Assembly (NCBI GenBank): GCA_000708835.1
Contig: DF236984.1
Span: 228,384-292,383 of the forward strand
Length of the DNA stretch: 64,000 nucleotides
Direction of reading: 5' to 3'
Source of the DNA: Klebsormidium nitens
Lineage: Eukaryota; Plantae; Klebsormidiophyceae
Both the position numbers and the translations under genes were made by a program. Shown here one piece after another: positions 24,929 to 35,800 of the stretch. Under the pieces are notes generated by a model that was not told the DNA's origin, made no database searches, and saw only the letters and a list, made by a program, of their open reading frames with translations. The stretch's first letter is position 1. Every line of letters starts with the position of its first letter.

Positions 24929-25642
24929 CGTGACTGCATTCAGTGCATTGGTCACCTACTAACGTAGCCATTCCTACCGCGCCGCGGCCTCTAGCCGGAG
25001 GCCGAGTTGTACATGTACCGTACCTGCTGTAGGCTAGAGCCTCGAATCCAATAGTACCTGTTTCTCGTGCTGTCGGAAACCATGATGATGAAGAAGTAAA
25101 AGCAGCAATGAAGTTTCATCAGCGAGTCTGCCACTGGTCACAAGCTACTCATTCCAGAAAAATAGTCGGACCTGACGGAACCCTCGACTTGATACGTGTC
25201 AGCTGCTTGTGCTTCGAAGGTTTTATAAACTAATCATCAGATGCGCATCTCGCTATCTATGGCGGCACCTGGCACTGTTGAGCCGATGCCAGCGGTGCAT
25301 CATCCCCCCATCATCCCACAATTACGTACAACTGGCCCTCACATGGGCCACAGCTCGACGTCATCCAGACATGTACGTACACCGCAGTTTACGCACAAGA
25401 TGACGTGGGCGGCGGGCCGCTTCGACAGAAACCAACGACACTCATTAAGTTTGTTACCGTACCGTATTTCCTGCCACGTGGTACAACGTTCATTGATCAA
25501 AATGGACTGGTACGTTGTTCACTGTGCTGCGTTGCAGACTTTACAGACTCCGGACAGTGTGCCAGGAGTCTGCTTACTAAGGTTCTGGCTCCAATAGGTA
25601 TGGTCGGGAAATCAGTGGCAGCTCTAGCTCTGAAACGGCCTG

Positions 25643-25649
25643 TATAAAA
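25643..25649 (+). promoter_or_regulatory. TATA box of UVI-1-like copy B
   Basis: TATAAAA at the position equivalent to 13767, followed by a CT-rich UTR and a GTGAGT donor near 25818. Confidence 0.6.
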
Positions 25650-26576
25650 CCCGCCGTTGTCAAATTCTGAGCATCAGATTTCACACCTCTCCTTCCGCTC
25701 CCTCTTCTCTCTCGTCAGCGCTCCCGTTCTCCCAGTGCGCGCCACCAAAGCCAGGTCTCGGCCCTCTCAACAGCTCAAGTACTCCCAGTCCCGCGTCGCT
25801 TGAGTCAATAGCAAAGGTGAGTTACCAGCCGGCTTTGCGGGTTTGCTTCTACTCGCCAGCTTACAACTGTCATTGGATTCTGTCTAGGGAACAGTTGAAC
25901 AGAAGGGGTCTGGTGGAGCTATCGCGGTGTGGTCGTGGGGAGACTCGGCTTCCCCATAGACTTTCTGCTTGATTGCTTGGCTCAGGAAAGATGGTGCCTT
26001 GTTTCAGCGGCAGTCGCCATTCTGCAGATTTTAATCAGTTTGTGGAGTAATTGCATCGGTTGTCTAGGCTGGTACCAGGTAGGTGCTTTGTGGGAGCTCA
26101 CGTCAGGAACTATATTCACTGCATGGCTTGGCTGTTTGGAAGAGTCAGACAGGTTCTGTCGTGGTTCATGCGCTCCTAGTTACAGGCTTTAAAGTAGATG
26201 GTTTTAACTCTTGCCCAATTCACCTAAAAGGGCCCCAGGCTTAAAACTTCAGCCTTTCATTTCTGAACCTCGGACATTGAATGGATCAGTACTTCAGTCT
26301 GCCCGTCTCAGCGCGGATTGACATCCTTCCAGGCTGCTCAAATGACATTTGTCCAGAAGCTCTGTTGGTAAATTAATAAAATCTGGCCTGCATAAGGCTT
26401 GCATGGTACTTCGACCAATTTTCAACCACCATCTTTTGACCATTCATGTACCTTAGGGGCTGCAAGTCTCTGCCTCCCCGCGGTCTTGTCGAGGATGCAT
26501 CAGTGGATTGAGCTCAAGCCTTCTCCCGTGCATCAAATGTCTTCCTGACAGCTGTCTTTCGCCCCTCCTCCCGCAG

Positions 26577-27942
26577 ATGGCCCGCTCCCTCGTCGCCCTG
26601 ACCGCCATCCTGGCAGTCGCCAGCTGCATCGCCAGCTCGGAAGCGGCCGCGACCGCGCCGCAGACCGTCGCATTTCTCCACAACGTCACCACACAGACCC
26701 AGCAGCTCCAGCCCACTGCAGACTCGATCACCCTGCAGACCGGGGTACTCCTCGTCATTGGCCAGGGCCCCTACCGCGATATTATCGTCGGCCTTACCAA
26801 CATCATTCAAACGGAGACTGATTTCTTGGTGAGTATTTCTCGGGCTAATCGCCTGGGCTTGCATGCCGTTCGCTGCTTCACAAGCGGGAAGGGTCAGACG
26901 CCCTCGTTCTTAGTGACTCTGCATGGGCCTCTGATAGTCGTGAGAAAGTGAGTAGCTTACATACGCTCTGCTTTTGCGGGAATCTCCCAGTCTCTCACTG
27001 ATCATATAGCATGTCCCCAGGGTTGACGTATGGAAGCTGAAAACGTGTTTCTGCTCTGTCCCACTGAAAAACTGGAGGTCTCTTTGAAGCCGTGTTTGTA
27101 TCTTTGAGCGCTTGGGTTTGATAAAATCAATGCTTTCAGAAGTCCAATCCCCATTAAGCTCGCGTTGCATTCCTCAGTGCTGAGCTAAAACCCGGCCTCT
27201 AAGGGGCGACTTCGTTGCCAAGCGAGACATCAAGAGACGTCACATTCCATTCGCTCCTCTGAAGTCCTGTTGAACTCTAGGTACTATTTCCAGTTGCAGC
27301 CAGTTTCATGTTTCCATCCTTCAAGACATCCGTCGTTATTCACCTTTGAAGTAAGGATTAAAACAAAAAGGTGACGAAAACACTGGGAAGTTTAAGCAGA
27401 TTCAGCGTTCGTGAAGGACCCTTGCGTGTTACATCTAGAACTACTGTTTGTGCAAGCCGGCCCCTCAACCCCGCCGAACATGTTGCAAACTGCTCTTGAC
27501 CCACTCGTAAACACCTAACCCTGCCACCCTAGAGCTATCTAACAAAACAGAAAAGCCCAGCTCTGATAGTTGCCCCGCGTCTCTCCCTTATGCAGCAAAA
27601 GCTCCGGGGACGGGCACCCTCCCCGCTGCCGACCAGACCAGCATCTACAACGCGTTCCGCGACTTCGTCCGCGTGCAACAGACACTGCTCAACACGCTCA
27701 TCAACAGAGCGGCGCTCTTCAAGACTGCGCCCTTCATTGGCGAGCCCATGGTTACGGTGCTCACCCAATCGCAAAACTCGTTCGACAGGCTCGCATTCTC
27801 GCTGATCGACCTGTGCCCAACTAAGGCGACGGACTTGCGAGTTCTGGCAGGTGGCCTGAGCGGGACCTATAAATCGGCGATTGAAAATTACGCAGGGCTT
27901 AGTCTCGGCGGTAACCGCAAGCTGCTTAACGTGGCGGCCTAG
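26577..27942 (+). CDS. Secreted UVI-1-like protein, copy B. Coding exons 26577-26828 and about 27596-27942; the junction phase is unresolved (possible frameshift)
   Basis: Reads MARSLVALTAILAVASCIASSEA...TGVLLVIGQGPYRDIIVGLTNII and ADQTSIYNAFRDFVRVQQTLLNTLINRAALFKTAPFIGEPMVTVL...LAFSLID. The best donor (phase 0) and best acceptor (needs phase 1) disagree by 1 nt. Confidence 0.7.
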
Positions 27943-29814
27943 AAACGTGCGGCTCCCAGTACTACGTGTGTGTAGTCGACAAGAGGTTGTGAGGGTTGGC
28001 ACTATTGGGAAAAGAGTCTACGCAATATGTATATAAGGCTTAACAATCTTTTGTGAGGAAGGAAGTATGAGATAAGCTGCAGCGTCCGTGTGGTAAGAAG
28101 TACGTCAAATCAAAGGTTCGCTTTGAGCAGGAATCGAAGCGGCGGAATTGCCACTAGCAAGTGTCACGGTAGTCAAAAAGGTAGTATATTCGGCCACATA
28201 TAAACAAATCTAGATGTGGAGCGAACTTAAAAGTTGTGCGCCATATTGGACTTCAAAACTCCAACGAAGGGTGTGTAACATACCAGAATTTTGTGTACCC
28301 CTCGCGAACAATAAATATGAAAGATTCGAGGCAGCTGTGGTACGTGGGCTCTTGAAAACGGATTGACATACATCTCTGCTCTGCCCGGTTGCGTGTTATG
28401 ACTCTCGTAGCCGGTATGTGCTATGATATCCTGTAAGTGCACGTCACATTATTACAATCAGTCACATGATAAACGACTTTTCATCAATCTGATTGTCGGA
28501 GGATTATCTTTGATACATCATATTGCCAAACTCGATCTGACGCGGGTATGTCGCGGCGTTCAATACATCGCTGACGAGGCAGACTCTGCCAAAGCACCAA
28601 AAGTTGCTTGTCCAGGCAGTGAATAAGTATACGTCTCAGTCTGTAGGCTGCTTTTTCAACATCTCAGCGCATGCTCCGCTGTGACGTTTTTGGAGTACCA
28701 GGTCGGGATTTAGAATTGCAGACACCAAAAGCTACTAAGATTGTAACAAGTGCTTAGCAAACGACAGAACCCGGGGCCAGACACACAGCGCGCACCTTTC
28801 CTCTTATTCGCTCCGACTATAACTTAAACTTTTCAGGCTTTTGTTTGCAAAACGCACATGATGGCTGGACAAATTGCTTGCTGGCAGCGGCAGCTTTACA
28901 CTCAGCCTGGCTAGCGCCGCAGTCCGACGGACCATATAGTACCGTCGTGCTTTCGTGATTTGTGGCACGTCCGAGGTGGATACAGCCGCGCGCGCCACCC
29001 GCGCGCCTGCACGTTTGGAGTACGTCGCCGTTGCGCCGCTAGCAGGTTTAATTAAAACCGGTATGCTTGGTAGATGGATCTATATTTCCGACTCAGTCGC
29101 GTACGTTCTCTGCATGCATGCATCCTCATATTGCGTCACGCTTAGGCTTTTCAAGATCACTGAGGTTTTGAGTGCATCTGAGCGGTACTTCATCTAAAAC
29201 CGGCTCATTTGAGGACGAACCGTTTGCATAGGAGACTTCAAGCCAACTGTATTGGAACTTGATATACCACAATCAACTTGAGCACTTTGGATATAAAACC
29301 GTGACCAACGTACTGAGCAACTCGAGACCGTACTGCAATGTACATTTGATCGGTCGGGCCCGACTGCCAGTTAGCACATTCTTCTATCATTGCTGAATCC
29401 ATACCGCACTGATCAAGTTCCATCGCACCTTGGGAGGCGGCCCGGTTTGCAGTGCAGCCCCTTGCCAGATCGTCTATCTAGTCTACAATCGCTTCGTGCT
29501 AACTCAAAGTGTGTAGACTCTTACTGTCTCTAGTTGAGAGCCGCGCGTTGGCGGCGTTTTGCGACATCGGTTGGAGCACGCGCGCTGGCAATCGTGAGGC
29601 CGTACGCGACTTCTAGATTCCTCACTTCTCATGAGTCAATGATCTCGTTGACCTTGGCTGCTCGCTGTATGCTCCCATCAATGAAAATATGCCGCTGAAT
29701 CAAAGAATATCTAATGTACAATTGGATCTGGATTGACCCCCATTGCATAGCGATTTCGGTCTATTTGGAAGTCAAGAGATTCGAGTAACCGCGCGTTCAA
29801 CTGTTCAACACTGC

Positions 29815-32800
29815 TCAAAATTCCAACGTGACGGGGGGCAGCCAGCCCACCGGATGCTGCGTCGTACTGATTCCCCCTCCGTTAAACGTGTGGTAATTCA
29901 ACACCACCAGATCTGTCGCGCCTTTCGTCTCCCCCCTGAACGTGAAAAACAAGCTGACGTTCCCCGGCCGTTGCGGCTCGCCCAGCATCCAAATCGACCG
30001 AGTGTCCGCATCGAAAACGCTCCGGGGCGGAAGGTCGTACACCGAGTTCGACGCGCGCGCGGCCCAGCCGTCTCTTCGCAGGGCCTTATCTTTATCATCG
30101 AAGACCGTAAGCTCGGAGATGGACCACGTGGCGGGCGACGTGCCGGTTTGGAGGATCTTGAGGTAGCGCGCGCTGACTGGAGTCTTTAACTTGATGTCGA
30201 CGAGGCCGGTAAACGAAGCGGAGACGTTGGCGGTCCCCGTTTGGGCGGTGGCGTATGGATACGTCGCCACCGACTGCGCATACGATATGTGGCCTTGTCA
30301 GAGGCTTGCGACCGGGCTCTTGCCAAATTTGACAGCTTTCGACGCTCACAAAGTGAGCAAAAGCGGAGAAAACTGGTCGACATTCCAGGCAATCCTCTTG
30401 GCTAGAGACTTCAAAGGTTTGAATTCTCGTTCCAAGCTTCTGGCTCGTGCCCTTGAAGCGAACCCCCGGCGCTTCAAAAAGGATTACTAAACTGCTGATG
30501 ATCAATCGAAGCAGTTGTCACCCACCCCGCGTCCTCGCAGAGTCGACGTACGATCTTCACTCTTCATTCCGCCTCAGATTTACGCAAAAATGGAAAGCAA
30601 GTGCTTTTCCGAGAACCCCAAAGGAGGAAGAAGCACGAGACTTACGAAAGCGAGCGGAACGAGGCTCGGGTTCCCCCACGTGACACCGTCCAGTGACGCG
30701 TAAAGCATGTAGCCGCGGCAGTAGTCGAAGGGCCGCCGGCCCGGATCCAGTAAGACGCGCGACACCGTCTGTGCGGCCTTCATGTCAACCTGCGGAAGTT
30801 TCAAAATCTCGGCTCGAAAGCTTTCTTTCTGGGCGGGCGTTTTGGACGGGGGATGGGTCAGTCCTCCGGCGACCAGAGAGCAGTCGAGGGTGTTGACTCC
30901 GTCGCTCGAACCAATTGGAAGATGAATCGCAAGTTTTCGTGAGAAGTCTTCAGAAGCAGGTGCACGAGTATACCCTCAGACACGTATCCTTTTTGAGGTG
31001 GCGATGAGAAGTTTCGAAGTCAAGGTGATGTGAGCACAAAATCAGTCCGAAACTATCAAAAAAGGAGGCAACCGACCTCAACAGCACGACAGGGGAAGCG
31101 GGATAAAATAGACACGCCTGATCGCTAGATTTCTCAATCTGACGCTTTTCAGCTTGGTGGCTACTCCACTTGTACTGAGCTTTTTGAATTCTGGTTCACA
31201 AGAATCAGGCTAAACGGGCGACACCGCCTGCGAAGGTTTTCATGGCCGCTTGCCGAAGCTTGCAGTTTGCGACATGCGATATTTTGAAGGCTATCCAACG
31301 GACTACAAGAGCTTTGAGAGCTCCAATGGGAAGAGAGCGAGTTCTGACCAGAAACCACTGGTTCGTGTCCTCAATGGGCGCCACGAAGTCTGTGAACTCT
31401 TGCGGCGCAGTTGGTGTGATCGGTACGGTCGCGATACGTCGGCCCTTGAGGGAGCCGATCCGCACGTCGACGTATGCGCGCTGCGAGCTGCGTAAGGATG
31501 GAAGCCAAGCTTGAGAAAACGGTGTTTTTGACCTGAACGAGTCCTACGGGAACTAGACCAGAGAAGAAAGCTTCTCACATGACAAGCGCTGTGAAAGAGC
31601 TCGCGCGTGTTCCCTTGCTTCAAGGCCACACACTTTCAGAATTTGTCAACAGTGCGGCTGGTCCCCAAAACGCACGCTGTAAGGGGGAGACTAAAGCTGA
31701 CGCGAAAGGCTTTCTCTTTCGTTTAGTCACAGAACGGGCATGCTGAGAGCATCAGCGGAGACTAAGGTGGAGACTCAAAGGTGTAAAACTGTCCGAGCTG
31801 GAATATACCTGTATGCGCGAATGCGTATGGAATCGATGTTGAACAGGTTCCAGTTGTCGTATCGTAGCCAGTCCCCGTCGGTGATATTGTACACTTCGGT
31901 TTCACCCCCGACAGGGTCAGCCGTCGGCCGCTCCAGAAGGTATGGGCTGCTCTGCAGAGGCAGAACCGCTTGAAAATCAGGAGAAAGGAACGGACGGTTC
32001 TCTTCGTGAAGGAGATTCGCCGAGTTGAACTTTCCCAGAGAAAATAAAGGCCTGCAATCCGTTCGAAAAGCTTTGGAATCCGCCGGATACCTCTTTTTAG
32101 ATGCTGAAGAACCGAAAGAGAGCTGCAAAATTGGCCTGATGAGAGGGCAGATAAGACTTTGAATGCGCAAATGCGAGAAACCTCTCGCTGTCCTCGTCAC
32201 AAAGGCAAGGCCAACTAAAACTAGTCATGGCTACTCATTGTTTGGCAGATATCTTTGGTGGCGGCATCGAGAAGAATTTGGCCACGTGCGGTGCAAAGCT
32301 CGTCTGCTAGCTAGGATGCACACGGACGCGGCAAGAGATTGGCAACCAGCCGGACTATTGAAGATGTTGTTTTGAGACCAACCTTGTCATCGTAGAACTC
32401 TGTCTGCCAGACAGATGGCATAATCTGGGACCACCCAATGCCAGTCAGCGGCGGTGCTCCGTTCAAGCCGCCGCTGCAATCAAAGTGGGTCCGAGTATAA
32501 GATCAAGAAAAGGGCGCTTAAATTTGAACGCAACCATTCAAACGCATATCTTGACCTCTGTCCTTTTTAAAGTCGTGTTCGTGTGAGGCAGGGCCGAGAA
32601 AAGAACGGGTCTGTGATGCTGAGAACGCTTCAAGCACTTTCGTGTGCGTTTTCTGGTTCTTTCTGATCCAGCAATAATGGCGATCCATCGTACACCTCAA
32701 GGGTTGTTTGTACTCGCGCAGCGTCTCAAGTCTGCGAATTCCAAACCCACCTCGGAACTTCCTTCAAGATCCAACTCAACTCAAGATCGAAGTCGGTCAA

Positions 32801-35800
32801 TCTCAAGCTCATTCATGTCCAGATCAATCCAATCTGGGTCAAAACCTGTTTCAGAGCACTCGAGACCCGTGACAATCGATCGCTAAAGAAGGATCCGAAA
32901 CGCTCACTGGTCCGGATAGATCCCTTCCACAAGGTAGTAGAATTTCTCCCAGGAGTGCTCGTCAATCAGCGGTCCAAACGTGGCTTGGCAGTCGTAGTAG
33001 GTGATGCTGTTGTGCTCGTGGCACGGGGAACTGGGCGACGGGCAGTGGCCGAGACCGGGGATCACTTGCACCGTGCTGCAAGAGATGCCGCCGTCCTCGG
33101 TGCTGCCGTCTTCGGCGTCGAAGACGGCCACCTGCGGAAAAAGGATATATGCAGGAATTTCGACAAGAAAACCTATCGACCCAGTATCCCCTGTTTGGCC
33201 ACAAATTCATGCGTGAAATCGGGTTACATGCACCGCGCGCGTGCTGCACAAATTGGGTGCGGCCATCCGTGTGCTACTGAGTTTCGCGTCGAAGAGGGCC
33301 ACCTGCGGAGGATGCTTAAGGGGTTTTGACGGTCAAGTACATTGGAAGGAGCCGTTCTCAGCCGTACCGTCCCTGGCGTTAAGAGACGGCTACCGGTAGG
33401 AAGGTCGACCTGCGGCGTATCGTGTCTTCGTAGACTTTTTCGGGCAACAGTCAAATTAACCTTTCTTTCGCAGAAGAGGAGAGAGAAACTTTTGAAATCA
33501 CAAGTTTGCGTTGCAGCTTTTCCTCAAATTGTGAAAGAACCGGTCGCCGCAACACCTGAAACTGTTTCAGTTCACCCAATGTGTTGCTGACGACGACTAG
33601 CGCGCCTGCTTCCTCGGAAAGTATTGACCGATATGGAATTGAGCTACAACGTTTCGAAGGTGGATGTACCAATACGAAGATAGGAACTGTGGATGGACGA
33701 GAGGGGGGGCGACCCATGATCGGCTTACCTTGAAGTCAACCTCGTCGCCCCACGTAAACACCCCCCCCTGCGGCGGGAAGACCACACGCACGTCCGGCGC
33801 AGTGTTCCCCTCAGATGCCACGTCGACGGGAATGGTGCACGACTTGGTGCTGGCCGCGGTGGTAATGGTCAGCGTTGCCACGTGGACGCCGGCAACGGTG
33901 TACACGTAGTGCGGGTGCGGCTCGTACGTGTCGACCGTTCCGTTGGAGTTGAAGTCCCACGCGAAAGTCATGTCGAGGCCGTCGCTGCGGAAAGGTGACG
34001 TCGAAATCGTCAGGAAAGCGTGGATTGGGTCTGAGGGAAAAAAAATTAGAGCCTCATATTGAAGCGTCCTTCAAAGTTGCGCATAACCTGAGAACAAACC
34101 TGATTTTCTGACGCACTAAATTTTGGGACGTCTGCGCGCTTGAAAAGTTTCAGGAACAAGCCTCGGAGCCTCAATCTTCACCTAGAATATGTATCTCAAA
34201 GCGATCTGATAGTTGAGCCCGAAAGCTTGACAGAGGACGAAGAGAGGTTGCGCCGCGCGTCTCAGGCTGCGCTTGTGCTCCAATCGAACCACAAGCTCGC
34301 ACACCCAATTCTTGCAAAGCATGAGCAACCAGGATCTTTGATGAATTCCGCACATCCCTGAACCAGAAGATTCAGATGCACAAAGGGGCAGAGAAAGCCT
34401 CTGTCTATTTAGATCAAAACAGCTGATACAGCGTGCTTCGCTCCGGCATCGCCCCAGCTGCAAAACTCTATCAGGCAGTACTCCTGCAGCTCCTTACACG
34501 TTGCTCAATCGCCATCAACGGGGAAGGGTCCTCGCAACCGCTCCAGATTATTTCAGTTGACGATTACCAATTCCGTAAATCCGGTTTCGCGATCGTGTTC
34601 CATCTTTTGAAACAGCGCGGAACCTCCACAAAATTCCTACACCCTGCTGGGATCAGTCGTTATCCTCTGGAAGGATCTGTGCTAAAACCTGGTGATTTGC
34701 GCGCTAAACCCGCTTAAATTTTTGCCTCATTCACTTCCTTGACGAGTTCGTGAAACCAACATCAAGCTGCCGCGGTCCGTAGACATGTTTCAAATTCTCA
34801 AAGAGGTGAAATTTAGAATATTGCTAAACCCTGCTGAATCTCTCGCTAACCCCGCTGAAACCCTCCCAAACCCACCTGGTTGACGAGCCCCAACTCGTAA
34901 ACCCGACCTCGAGCGGTCGCGGCCCCGCGAGCGGCGTTCCGTACACCTGGCAGTGGATCGGACTGGCGACGCCCATGTAGCGTAACCGGCTTAAGCGGGC
35001 GCCTTTTAGGTCGAAACCCTGGCCGAACTCAACTATGTACAGAGACCCATCGGGGGCGACCTCGATGTCCATGGGAGATAACCAGGTGAAGCTGGTGAAG
35101 GCCGGGGTGACGGAGAGGATGTTGGCGTTCTCGTCGAATTTGAGCAGCCGGATCTGGTCCCTGGACGGAAAGAGAAGATCGGGCGGGTGAGATGTACTAA
35201 AGGAAAGGGATCCACATTGCTTTGTAATTAAGCTGAAAATTTCGAGAAACCTCTACGAGAGCGGAAGTCGTGTGGAATCCAAGTAAGGTGAAACGGAGAA
35301 GAGACTAAACTGGGACCAATCGGCGTTGAACGTATCTTAAAGAACCTCCTGCGAAAGATCTCGAAAATTTCCTCAAATCCGAAGCTTTTGAACTTATCTC
35401 CAGCACCACCACTACGATCATGCATGCTGGCACTGAGGCACACAGGAAACCCTTGTTTCATTACAAATCTTGAACGATCTTGCCGCGAATCGCCCGTAAT
35501 CAACTCACATCTTAGAAATTCCACTATGGGCCTGCCCGCTTCACACAATTTCATAGTACCTCTGCGGAATGAAGTGACTATCTCCCCTGGAGAATGTCTC
35601 GACAGGATGAACTACCAAAACCTGCAACATTCGTACTTGCTTGCAAGGTGAACCGGTCTGCAACCCACCTGAACCAGTCGGCCGCGAACAGAGTGTTGTC
35701 GAAATACGGAGGCAGTCGGTAGGGCGCCCCGGGCGCGATGAACGGGTGGTCGTACCGGTAGAAGAACGGTGCGACAATGCAGCGACCGGCCGCTTTGCTG

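Noticed and set aside
29936-29958. Possible 23-nt GT-AG intron in the last dehydrogenase exon
   Set aside because: It is far shorter than any other intron here. The frame is open without it, and the paralogue differs downstream by an in-frame 27-nt indel, which supports coding. A true donor to an unseen exon cannot be excluded.
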